From an uncultured delta proteobacterium (lineage in GTDB: Bacteria > Desulfobacterota > RBG-13-43-22), in NCBI GenBank assembly GCA_963711835.1, contig CAVQFQ010000005.1, positions 96,001 through 160,000 of the forward strand: 64,000 bases of DNA, given 5' to 3'. Numbering within the stretch: the first letter of the stretch is position 1; each line of letters starts with the position of its first letter. A model generated the notes under the pieces. The model ran no database searches. It was not told the DNA's origin and worked only from the letters and a program-made list of their open reading frames with translations. This document shows, piece by piece, positions 19,541 through 28,667 of the stretch. Both the position numbers and the translations under genes were made by a program.

Positions 19541-19808
19541 AAATTTTGGTATCGTGATGAAATGCTGTAGGGGTGCCCTATTTTTTAAGTTGTCCACCCC
19601 CAAGCCATGAATCCCGCCTGGCGGGACAGGCCTTCACCCGAGCGGGAAATGGGCTGGAGTAAATGCCCTGCTATAAAATAAACTTAGTTATTCGGGCCGG
19701 ATTAGGGGCTCTTGGTCACCCTTTGGACAACATAAAAAATAGGGCACCCCTACAGCTAATTTTGGTAAGTTAGAGATAAATTCCCAAACTAAAAGATGGT
19801 AGAATCTA
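19526..19808 (+). repeat. Repeat family A, copy 2, carrying the internal cassette (19564-19756)
   Basis: Arms GCTGTAGGGGTGCCCTATTTTTTAAGTTGTCCA / TGGACAACATAAAAAATAGGGCACCCCTACAGC, then the family-A flank GGTAAGTTAGAGATAAATTCCCAAACTAAAAGATGGTAGAATC. Confidence 0.9.
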
Positions 19809-20285
19809 TTCCGGTGGGAGTTCCCCTGGGCTGATTTTTTTACCCACGTGGGTATCCTTTTCCAGATCAGGGCGCGGGGTTTCCTTTTTCTCCTCTTTTT
19901 TCAAGACATAACCCACATGGCGGATAAGGCCGTCAAAGTCTTCTTTTTGTTTTTTATAGACCTCTTTTACGGCCTCGTCAAAAGAAGCGGCTCTTTTCTC
20001 CAGGTCCTCCAATCTCTTCTTATATTTTAAGAACAAAAAGGCGGCCGCCCCCACCAGGGCCAAAAGGAGCAGGATAAGAAAAATAATAAAAAAAAGGCCG
20101 GCCGGAGTAATGCGGTAATAGGTCACCAGAGGTTGGGTCTGCCAATAGGGAGACCTCCCCGGCCATTGCATCTCCGGCAGGATTCCTCCCTGGGAAAAGA
20201 CCCGGCCCGCTGCCGCCGGGATCAGGGAAATCGCCAAGAAGATAAGGGCCGTCACAGGCACCGGGGTCTTTTTATTTTTTCCCAT
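19806..20285 (-). CDS. Hypothetical membrane protein (signal/TM segment, second TM, coiled coil)
   Basis: Overlaps the CoA ligase stop. Hydrophobic segment LFFIIFLILLLLALVGAAAFLFL followed by a charged helix. Confidence 0.6.
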   Translation of the reverse strand: MGKNKKTPVPVTALIFLAISLIPAAAGRVFSQGGILPEMQWPGRSPYWQTQPLVTYYRITPAGLFFIIFLILLLLALVGAAAFLFLKYKKRLEDLEKRAASFDEAVKEVYKKQKEDFDGLIRHVGYVLKKEEKKETPRPDLEKDTHVGKKISPGELPPE

Positions 20286-21963
20286 GCGCCTCCCCCCCCG
20301 GTTCCGGGTTCTTTTGTTTGACCAGTCTCCTTTTTTCTTCATCCCTAATTTCCCGCCGGAGCAGTTTCCCTACCTTGGATTTGGGGAGCATATCCCTGAA
20401 TTCGATATACTGGGGGATCTTATAAGCAGCCAGCCGTTCCCGGCACCATTTGATCAGCTCTATTCCACCGACCCCTTTGGCATCGCTTTTCATGACCACG
20501 ATGGCCTTAATCCGCTCCCCCACCTTGAGATCCGGAATGCCCACGACACAGGCGCCGATGACCGTTGGATGGTCCTGCAAAACCGCCTCGATCTCCGAAG
20601 CCGAAACCCGGTAACCCTTGTGCTTGATGATGTCGGCCAGACGCTCCACATAGACCAGTTCTCCTTCCGGGGTTCGGCGGACAAAATCTCCCATGCGGTA
20701 ATAGACCTTTTCGTCCCGGTTCATATAGGCCCGGGCCGTTTCATCGGGCTTGTTCCAGTACTGCTTGATGGTGAATTCGGACGTCACGATCAGTTCGCCC
20801 ACCTCCCCGTCCTGGACCGGTTCCAGTGTTTCCGGATCGACTACAAGGCACTCCCTGGATTTCAGGGGCAGGCCGATGGACTGGGGATCCGTCTCCCGGT
20901 TTAGAGGGCTGTAGGTGATATGGCCGGCCTCGGTGGAGCCGTAGACCTGATAAATGGAGACGCCGAAATTTTCCTTCCAGCGGTTGTAGACCTCCAGCGG
21001 CAGGACGTCCCCCCCGCAATAGCAGTATTTCAGGCTGCCGAGGTCGTACCATTCCAGGCGGTCGTTTTCCAAGATCATCCGGTAGAGGGTCGGAACGCCC
21101 AGCAGCCAACGGACCCGGTAGCGGTGGATCGCCTCCAGGATGGCGTCCACCTGGGGAACAGGCATTAAAATGGTGGTGTTCCCCTGGTTGAGCCCTACGG
21201 CCATAAAAAAACCCAAGGCCATGATGTGGAAAAGGGGGTTTACGGCAATATAGGTATCCTGCCCTTCCTGGATGGTTCCCCCCACCACATCCTCCATGAT
21301 GTCCTGGATATAGGAGGTCATCCCAATATGATTACCGGGCACCCCCTTAGGGAACCCGGTGGTCCCGCCGGTGTACAGGATGTAGGATAGGTCGTTCCAG
21401 GGATCGATGGTAACTGTCGGAGGGTTGGGCGGAAATTTCAGCAGGTCTTTGAAGGGGACGACCTTGCTGTCCCGTCCGATTTTGCCGCCGGGGATTTTAT
21501 CAAACAGGGTCCCGATGATCCGCTTCCAAACCGGGAGCAGGTCGGCCAGGTTGGTGACAATGGCCCGTTTCAGATTGGTGTTACCCAGGACCTCTTTCAC
21601 ATACCCGAAATTGGTGTCGTGGCATATGATAGTTTCCGCCCCGGCATCCCGGACCATGTACTCAATCTCATGAGAGGTATAGATGGGGGATACGGGAACA
21701 ACGACGGCCCCAGCTTTTTGAATACCCAGAAAGGCCACCACCCACTGGATGCAGTTGGAAATATAGAGGATGACTTTGTCGCCCGGCTTTACGCCCATCT
21801 CGGCCAGGCCGGCAGCGAAGCGGTCCGCCAGGTCCTTGAGCCGCCGATAGGAAAATTTCTCCCCCAAATAGACCACGGCGGTTTTCCCCGGATACTGCTT
21901 CACTATGGCTTCGAAGCGTGCAAAGACCGGTTCGGCTGGATAATGTTCAGCAGGTATAGGCAT
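20272..21963 (-). CDS. AMP-binding acyl/aryl-CoA ligase
   Basis: YTGGTTGFPKG, PLFH, YGSTE, YRMGD and PKSKVGKLLRR. Confidence 0.93.
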   Translation of the reverse strand: MPIPAEHYPAEPVFARFEAIVKQYPGKTAVVYLGEKFSYRRLKDLADRFAAGLAEMGVKPGDKVILYISNCIQWVVAFLGIQKAGAVVVPVSPIYTSHEIEYMVRDAGAETIICHDTNFGYVKEVLGNTNLKRAIVTNLADLLPVWKRIIGTLFDKIPGGKIGRDSKVVPFKDLLKFPPNPPTVTIDPWNDLSYILYTGGTTGFPKGVPGNHIGMTSYIQDIMEDVVGGTIQEGQDTYIAVNPLFHIMALGFFMAVGLNQGNTTILMPVPQVDAILEAIHRYRVRWLLGVPTLYRMILENDRLEWYDLGSLKYCYCGGDVLPLEVYNRWKENFGVSIYQVYGSTEAGHITYSPLNRETDPQSIGLPLKSRECLVVDPETLEPVQDGEVGELIVTSEFTIKQYWNKPDETARAYMNRDEKVYYRMGDFVRRTPEGELVYVERLADIIKHKGYRVSASEIEAVLQDHPTVIGACVVGIPDLKVGERIKAIVVMKSDAKGVGGIELIKWCRERLAAYKIPQYIEFRDMLPKSKVGKLLRREIRDEEKRRLVKQKNPEPGGEAHGKK

Positions 21964-22065
21964 TTGGGTTTTTGTTCAGTTCAAAAGTTTTGATAAAAAG
22001 AGAATATTAAATGCCGAAGCTTTTGATCTCCTTCTCCTTCGATATTCATTATTCGTCGTCATGCC

Positions 22066-22812
22066 CTACACCCCGAAATAGGCCGAGCGCACGTCCGGAT
22101 TGTCGAGCAGTACCTGGCGCGTCCCCTCCAGGACGGCCGCCCCGTTTTCCAGGATGTAACCGTAATCGATGATCGGGATGATCGGCCGCGCATACTGCTC
22201 GGTCACCAGGATGGTGATCCCCCGCTCCTTATGAATCTCCCGGATGGCCCGGACCAGCATGGCCTGGACCAGGGGACTCAACCCCATCAGCGGCTCATCC
22301 AGCATAAGGATCTTGGGCTGGGCCATGAGGGCCCGGCCGACGGCCAGCATCTGCTGCTCGCCGCCGCTCAGGAACCCGCCCTCCCGGTCTTTCAAGGGGA
22401 CCAGGGCTGGGAAGATCTTGAATACGTATTCCAGGGTTTCCTTCTTCTGCCGGCCCGAGGCCAGGTAGCCGCCGATCATCAAGTTTTCCAGGACCGTGCT
22501 CTCCGGGAAGATACGCCGCCGTTCCGGGCAGAGGACGATCCCCAGTCGTGCCCGCTGGCTGGGCTTGAGTGGCATGATGTCCCGGCCCTGGTAATGGACT
22601 TGGCCCAAGACCGTAATACGCTCCCCGCCGGCCATTTCCTCCTTGCGCTTAATGTCCAGGATGATTCCGGAAATAGTGTACATCAGCGTGGACTTACCGG
22701 CGCTGTTGGCCCCGAAAATCCCGACGATCTGGCCTTCGTCCACCTTCAGGCTGACATTGTTCAAGGCCAGCATATTCTCGTAAAAGACCATCAATCCCTG
22801 GGCTTCAAACAT
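22066..22812 (-). CDS. livF: Liv-type ABC transporter ATPase (LivF-like)
   Basis: GANSAGKST, LSGGEQQMLA and LDEP. Confidence 0.9.
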   Translation of the reverse strand: MFEAQGLMVFYENMLALNNVSLKVDEGQIVGIFGANSAGKSTLMYTISGIILDIKRKEEMAGGERITVLGQVHYQGRDIMPLKPSQRARLGIVLCPERRRIFPESTVLENLMIGGYLASGRQKKETLEYVFKIFPALVPLKDREGGFLSGGEQQMLAVGRALMAQPKILMLDEPLMGLSPLVQAMLVRAIREIHKERGITILVTEQYARPIIPIIDYGYILENGAAVLEGTRQVLLDNPDVRSAYFGV

Positions 22813-23587
22813 AATCGGAAAGGTCCTCTGACCCCAGATAGGCTTCTTTGACTTTTTTATCAGCCATGACTTCATCCGGGGAACCTTCGATCAATTTTTG
22901 CCCGAAGTTGAGCACCATCACACGGTTGGCCACCCGGAACAATTCTTTCAACCGGTGCTCGATCATGATCAGGGTAATCCCCTCCATCTGCAGGCGCTCG
23001 ATAAGGGGGAGCATGCTGGCGATCTCACTCATGCTCAACCCCGAAAAGACCTCGTCACATAGGATCAGCTCCGGCCGCAGGGCCAGGCATCGGGCCAGTT
23101 CCAGCCTTTTCAGGTACCCGGTGGGCAGGGTCGAGGCCAGCTTGTAGGGCACCTGCGAATCCCTCTCAAAACCGATTTCCTCCAGGATGTCGATCCCGAC
23201 CGTGTCCCGGTCCCCCAGTTTTCCGCCCCCTCGCCAGCCACCCTGGCGTCGGGCCCGGGGGGAAAAAAGAGGGACGATCAAATTCTTATAAGCCGGCAGG
23301 CTGTAATAGGGGCGCATGATCTGGAAAGTCCGGGTGACCCCGAGGTCGGCGATTTTATGGGGAGCCCAGTTGGTGATCTCCCTTCCTTTAAAGAAAACCT
23401 TTCCCGAATCCGTCCTGACAAAACCGGTAATACAATTAATCAAGGTGGTTTTCCCTGACCCGTTCGGTCCGATGATCCCCAGGATCTCTCCACGGTTGAG
23501 TTTAAAGCTTACCCTGGACAAGGCCTGGATCCCGCCGAAGGCCTTGCTGACCTCCCGGACTTCGAGAAGGGCCGTTTCCGGATTCAT
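22805..23587 (-). CDS. livG: Liv-type ABC transporter ATPase (LivG-like)
   Basis: GPNGSGKTT, RTFQ, KRLELARCLA, IEH and VKEAYLG. Confidence 0.9.
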   Translation of the reverse strand: MNPETALLEVREVSKAFGGIQALSRVSFKLNRGEILGIIGPNGSGKTTLINCITGFVRTDSGKVFFKGREITNWAPHKIADLGVTRTFQIMRPYYSLPAYKNLIVPLFSPRARRQGGWRGGGKLGDRDTVGIDILEEIGFERDSQVPYKLASTLPTGYLKRLELARCLALRPELILCDEVFSGLSMSEIASMLPLIERLQMEGITLIMIEHRLKELFRVANRVMVLNFGQKLIEGSPDEVMADKKVKEAYLGSEDLSDYV

Positions 23588-24597
23588 ACCTTCACCCACT
23601 TTTCAAACTGGTGGTATTTCCGCTGGGCATAGACCATGATCCCTTCGCTGCGGAAAACGATAAAGGCCATGAGAATCAACGCGTAAAAAACAATCCGCAG
23701 GGTGCCGAAGGCCCGGAGCAGCTCGGAAACGGGTACCAGGATGAGGCTGCCAAGGACCGGACCGACCAGCGTCCCGCCCCCGCCAATGACGGTGGCGGCG
23801 ATAGGAATGATGGAAAAATCCAGGGCCAGGGTGGAGATGCCGGCCCACATATAGATGTGCACCAGATAGGCCCCACCGAGGCAGGCCAAAGCGGAGGAAA
23901 TAAACACGGCCAGGGTCTTGTAGCGGGTGATGTTGATCCCGGAGGCCTTTACAGCCTGGTCGTTGTCCTTGACGGCCCGGAAAACCAAACCCAGGTCGGT
24001 ATTCACCAGGCGACGTAAACCGAACATGGCCACCAGCACGACCAGGATCAGGGAATACTGTTCCACCCAGCGGTTGGGGAAGCTGGAAACGCCCAGGATC
24101 CCGTCGGTGCCCCCGAAAATGTTCAGGGCCTCGATAACCCGCATGGCCAATAAGGGATACATGAGGGTCACGATGGAAAAATAGACCCCCCGCAGCGGCA
24201 AACAGGGCAGGATGGCCAGCGTGCAGAAAACCCCTCCGCCTATGGTGGCCAGGGGAATGGAATAGAGGGGTGACAGGCCGAGTTTGGTGTTCAGCAGGGC
24301 CGCTATATAGCCGCCCACCCCGACAAAAAAAGCCCCCCCCAGGGAAACCAGGCCGACAAAATGGGTCAGGAAATCAAAACTCAGGGCCAGCAGGGCGTAG
24401 ATGCCGACAATGGAGATCACCCGCTGCCAGTAGGGATTGGTAATGACCAGCGGCAGGAGGAGAAGTCCCACGATCAAGACCAGGCGGGGCAGGATCAGGT
24501 AGCCGATCTCCTTGCCGCCGGAAATGGCGTAAATGCCGCTGGTCCGGACTTTGATCCCCCGGTCCAACCGTTCTTTGCGGACATCGGTGCCGGCCAT
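23584..24597 (-). CDS. livM: Liv-type ABC permease (LivM-like)
   Basis: GLVSLG, LRGVYF, AVKDNDQAVKASGIN and IGGGGTLVGP. Confidence 0.88.
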   Translation of the reverse strand: MAGTDVRKERLDRGIKVRTSGIYAISGGKEIGYLILPRLVLIVGLLLLPLVITNPYWQRVISIVGIYALLALSFDFLTHFVGLVSLGGAFFVGVGGYIAALLNTKLGLSPLYSIPLATIGGGVFCTLAILPCLPLRGVYFSIVTLMYPLLAMRVIEALNIFGGTDGILGVSSFPNRWVEQYSLILVVLVAMFGLRRLVNTDLGLVFRAVKDNDQAVKASGINITRYKTLAVFISSALACLGGAYLVHIYMWAGISTLALDFSIIPIAATVIGGGGTLVGPVLGSLILVPVSELLRAFGTLRIVFYALILMAFIVFRSEGIMVYAQRKYHQFEKWVKV

Positions 24598-24599
24598 GA

Positions 24600-25466
24600 T
24601 CAGACGCGCTCCTCCAGTTCCTTCTGGCGGCCAAAGAGTCCCGAAGGTTTGAGAATTAAGGTGATGATGATGGCCAGGATGGCCACCACCATTTGAAAGT
24701 GGGGCTCGAGGTAGACCACGGTCAGGATCTGGGCGAAACCGATGACAAAAGCGGCCAGCACCGCCCCCACCCAGCTTCCCAGTCCGCCGACGATGCACAC
24801 GGCAATGGCCATGATCAGCACGTTGTACCCGGCTTCGACGACGATGTTCCCCAGGGGCAGCAGGGCCACTGCAGCCAGTCCGGCCAGCACCGAACCCAGG
24901 AACATGGACAGGATGGCCATGCGGTCGGAGTCGATCCCCAGCATCATGGCCGCCCGTTCGTCCTGGGCCATGCCGCGCAGGGCCAGGCCGACCCGGTTAT
25001 AATGGGTAAACAGCCAGAGCAGGCCCATGACAACCGCCCCGATGACCACCACAAAAATCCGCTGGTAATCGATCATCACCCCCAGGAGATTGAAACTTCC
25101 GGGGATGAAAGCCGGGAGGGTGTAGGTCATGCCCTTGAACCCTCCCCAGCGCAGGCCCTCCAGGATCGCCAGCCCGATGGCGTAGGAAGCGATGATCTCG
25201 GAAGTTACCATGCCCCTGATGCGGATCAGGATGAAATAATAGATGGCCGCCCCGATCAATCCGATAATGAACAAACCCAGGAGGATGGAAAGGAAGTAAT
25301 TCAGATTCAGGGTGTGAATCAGGCTCCAGACGATAAAGCCGGTGACGATATACAAGGCCCCGTGGGCGAAATTCGGCAGGCCGCTGATACCGTAGACCAG
25401 GGTAAACCCCAGGGCCATCAGGGCCAGGGTGACACTGTTGACGATCCCGTAGACCAGTATTTCCAT
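24600..25466 (-). CDS. livH: Liv-type ABC permease (LivH-like)
   Basis: ALMALGFTLVYG, NFAHG, AQDERAA, VGGLGS and KPSGLFG. Confidence 0.92.
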   Translation of the reverse strand: MEILVYGIVNSVTLALMALGFTLVYGISGLPNFAHGALYIVTGFIVWSLIHTLNLNYFLSILLGLFIIGLIGAAIYYFILIRIRGMVTSEIIASYAIGLAILEGLRWGGFKGMTYTLPAFIPGSFNLLGVMIDYQRIFVVVIGAVVMGLLWLFTHYNRVGLALRGMAQDERAAMMLGIDSDRMAILSMFLGSVLAGLAAVALLPLGNIVVEAGYNVLIMAIAVCIVGGLGSWVGAVLAAFVIGFAQILTVVYLEPHFQMVVAILAIIITLILKPSGLFGRQKELEERV

Positions 25467-25495
25467 AGCCGCCCTAACCGGACTAATCTTGGTTT

Positions 25496-25634
25496 AAATC
25501 CGAAATCCGAATTTCGATCCGCATATTCCCCCCCCCTTGGACCCGCCTGCGGCGGGATTAGGGAGGGGGAGGTGTTCAGATCATCCTTTTTTATCCAGTA
25601 TCCAGTATCGTTGTTAGTCTTTATCCAGTATCAG
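25496..25634. repeat. Composite intergenic repeat (heptamers plus nested hairpins)
   Basis: AAATCCGAAATCCGAATTTCG; a C-rich/G-rich hairpin enclosing CCCGCC-TGC-GGCGGG; ATCCAGT repeats. Confidence 0.65.
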
Positions 25635-25642
25635 TTTTTACT

Positions 25643-26923
25643 CTACTTCTTCATCCAGGGCGGAAGTAAAATCTGCCCGGTGGCGATGGACTCCGGGAAG
25701 ACCACGACCCGTTTGCCCTTTTGCCACTGAAAGATGGTCCCGACAGCCCCTTCCTTGGGATTCAGGCTGGGGATCACCTGGTGGGACTTGGGATCAAAGC
25801 GGATCCGTCCGTAAACCCCCATCAGGTCGGTCTTTTCCAGGGCGGCGATCACCGCGTCGGCCTCCAGGGACCCGGCCCTTTCGATGGCGTCCTTCAAGGT
25901 GTAGACCGCCATGTAGCTGCTGGACGTCCCGTACCCCTCCGGTTCGATCTTCCAGCGCTTGGTGTAGGCGTCATAAAATTTCATGGTCCAGGGCGTGGCT
26001 TTGGAGGGAGCATTCCCGGCGTTGACCACATTGGCCAGGGCGAATTCCCCCTTCCCTTCCGTAGCTTTCCAAAATCCGGGCTGCTCGGCGGGGGCGATGA
26101 TGGAGCCGAAAGGCAAGGCTGCAATTTTGAGATCATACCATTGTTTTAACAGGATAGAACTTTCGGGCATGTCCATCCAGATTAGTATTATCTGGGCCCC
26201 TTCCTTCTTGGCCTTGAGCAGTCCCATGGAAAAATCCGTGGTGCCGGTGGGGTAGATCTCCGGGTTGCCTATCACCGTCCAGCCTTTTTCGGCCATGACC
26301 TTGGCTATCAATCCCCCGCCCCATCGGGCATGGGCCACATCCTGGATCATAATGAACAATTTATTGATATTGTATTTTTTCCCGATCTCAAGCAGGCTGG
26401 GGATCATCTCCCCGTTCACCATCCATACGGCCTCTCCGCTGATCCGGAAGCAGTATTTGTACTTGTCGTATTCTTTCGCCACCCGGGCATGATAGGCCGG
26501 GGTCAGGGCCCCGGTGGTCAGGATGGAAACCTTCTTATATTTGGAAAGCAGGTCCATGGCGGCCAGGGCAGCCTCGGAGCGGACCGGCCCGCCGACGATG
26601 AAATCCGCCTTTTTTTCCAAAATAAGCTTCTCGACCGTCAGCAGGGCGTCACTGACCGGTACCCCCGGTTCCAAGTCGCGGGTGTCGATCACCTCCACGG
26701 CAAAGGGCCGTTTGGTCCCCCCCACCTTCACGCCGCCCTGGGCGTTGATTTCTTCGACGGCCAGCCGGATGGCCCGCTCAGCGTCCCAACCATAAAGAAA
26801 GGCCGTCGCCAGCGGGGCGCCGATGACAATAGGTTCGGCCGCAGCGCTGCCGGCGGCCGGAAGAAATAATCCGGCCAGAAAAAATGCCAGCCATACCCAT
26901 AGGGTGAAACCTTTTGCTTTCAT
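25643..26923 (-). CDS. Liv-type ABC substrate-binding protein
   Basis: Signal peptide, LAVEEINAQGGV, YCFR, GTTDFS and QWQKGK. First gene of the operon. Confidence 0.92.
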   Translation of the reverse strand: MKAKGFTLWVWLAFFLAGLFLPAAGSAAAEPIVIGAPLATAFLYGWDAERAIRLAVEEINAQGGVKVGGTKRPFAVEVIDTRDLEPGVPVSDALLTVEKLILEKKADFIVGGPVRSEAALAAMDLLSKYKKVSILTTGALTPAYHARVAKEYDKYKYCFRISGEAVWMVNGEMIPSLLEIGKKYNINKLFIMIQDVAHARWGGGLIAKVMAEKGWTVIGNPEIYPTGTTDFSMGLLKAKKEGAQIILIWMDMPESSILLKQWYDLKIAALPFGSIIAPAEQPGFWKATEGKGEFALANVVNAGNAPSKATPWTMKFYDAYTKRWKIEPEGYGTSSSYMAVYTLKDAIERAGSLEADAVIAALEKTDLMGVYGRIRFDPKSHQVIPSLNPKEGAVGTIFQWQKGKRVVVFPESIATGQILLPPWMKK

Positions 26924-27129
26924 ACCGTTCCTCCTTATTTGGATTGATTAACTCCACCTAAATAGTAATATTACTGCGGGGCCATCCCGAAAAATGGGAG
27001 GACCTTATCTTTGGATCGTGCTTTGGTGTCGGGTATGATTGGAGCTAAAGGCAACCGCCTCGGTCTTTACCTGACCGGGGTTCTTTTTTTGTATGGTATC
27101 CGGAGCCCCTTTATTTATCAAGCAAATTT

Positions 27130-28173
27130 CTACAGAACGGCCCAGGGTTTGGGCAGAAAGATCTTTTCATAAAGGTTCAGGGCATAACGGTCGGTCATGC
27201 CGGCGATGAAATCGGTCACCTTTTGGACGATGGTTTCCGGCTGTTCCCCGCCACCACTCCAGCCGGTTTCCATCAGAGCGGGTTTGGCCAAGAGGGCCTG
27301 ATACAACTCGCTGATGATCTTCCGGGCTTTTATGAAGTCCTCATGGACCCGTCCGATTTCATAAACCCGTTCATAGAGAAATTCCCTCAAGTGGACCATG
27401 GCCTGGAGGACTTCCTCCCCCAGGGTCAGGCCTGAGAACGGTTCTTCGAGGCTGTGATAGACCAGGTCATGGACCATGGTGTTGATACGCTGGGAACTTC
27501 GATCACCCAGGACCTTCAAACAAAAGGGGGGGATTTCTTCTTCAGCAATGAGGCCGCCCCGAATGGCGTCATCCAGATCATGGCAGATATAGGCGATGAT
27601 GTCGGCCACCCGAACCACCTGCCCTTCCAGGGTCAGGGGTTTTTCAGAGGATTTTTCGGGCAGGATATCGCCCTTGCCTTTGGAATGTTTTAGAATGCCG
27701 TCTCTCACTTCCAAGGTCAGGTTCAAGCCCTGCCCCCCCTTTTCGAGGTGGTCGACAATCCGTAGGCTCTGCACGTGATGCACAAAACCTCCGGGAACAA
27801 TTTGGTTCAGGACCTCTTCCCCGGCATGGCCGAAGGGTGTATGACCCAAATCATGCCCCAGGGCGATGGCCTCGGTCAGGTCTTCGTTGAGACTCAAGGC
27901 CCGGGCTATGGTGCGGGCAATCTGAGAGACTTCCAGGGTGTGGGTCAGGCGGGTCCGGTAATGATCCCCGGTCGGAGCTAAGAAGACCTGAGTCTTATGC
28001 TTCAGGCGCCGGAAGGCTTTGGAATGGATAATCCGGTCTCGGTCCCGCTGAAAGGCGGTCCGGATCGGGCAGGCCTCCTCAGGCCGGAGCCTCCCCCGGC
28101 TGGCGGAACTCCGGGCCGCCAAAGGAGATAACTGATCCTGTTCTTTTTTTTCTATGGTTACTCGGATATCCAT
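27130..28173 (-). CDS. dgt: Deoxyguanosinetriphosphate triphosphohydrolase-like protein
   Basis: [34 protein letters not shown] and [11 protein letters not shown]. Confidence 0.95.
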   Translation of the reverse strand: MDIRVTIEKKEQDQLSPLAARSSASRGRLRPEEACPIRTAFQRDRDRIIHSKAFRRLKHKTQVFLAPTGDHYRTRLTHTLEVSQIARTIARALSLNEDLTEAIALGHDLGHTPFGHAGEEVLNQIVPGGFVHHVQSLRIVDHLEKGGQGLNLTLEVRDGILKHSKGKGDILPEKSSEKPLTLEGQVVRVADIIAYICHDLDDAIRGGLIAEEEIPPFCLKVLGDRSSQRINTMVHDLVYHSLEEPFSGLTLGEEVLQAMVHLREFLYERVYEIGRVHEDFIKARKIISELYQALLAKPALMETGWSGGGEQPETIVQKVTDFIAGMTDRYALNLYEKIFLPKPWAVL

Positions 28174-28390
28174 ACCAGGAGGTCCATGGGTTTTCATTTT
28201 TACCAAGAATTTAAAAAAAAACAAGTCTATTTCCTATCTGGTTATTTTTGTTTACAAAAAAGGCGTCCTGGGCTACTCTTAGCCCAAAGCAGTTCACAGG
28301 CAGCCCCCTGATTTTTAGCCGCGGGAATCCGCTTCCGGATCCCCTTACCCCTTCTATTGGAAATCAGAGGAAAAATGCTCAGAAATTACC

Positions 28391-28645
28391 AAGCAAAGCT
28401 ATTTGAAATTTTTTCTAAAGTTCTGAAGAAATGGTGGCGGTGAGTCTTATTTTTTTAAGTTGTCCGAAGGGTGACTAAGAACCCCTAATCCGGCCCGAAT
28501 AACTAAGTTTATGTTAGAGCAGGGCATTCATCCCGCCGAGGCGGGACTTATGGCTTTGGGGTGGACAACTCAAAAAATAAGACCCCCCACCACCTGATAT
28601 TGGAAAGTTAGAGATAAATTCCCAGAATTAAGAGGGATAGAATTT
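28391..28645 (+). repeat. Repeat family A, copy 3, carrying the cassette in inverted orientation (28433-28594)
   Basis: Same flanks as copies 1 and 2. The core GTCCGAAGGGTGACTAAG...GGCTTTGGGGTGGAC is the reverse complement of the copy 2 core, less ~33 bp. Confidence 0.9.
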
Positions 28646-28667
28646 CTTCAAAAATCAAACCGTTTCC

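Noticed and set aside
24693-25730. 345-aa plus-strand ORF
   Set aside because: Antisense shadow of livH in GC-rich sequence.
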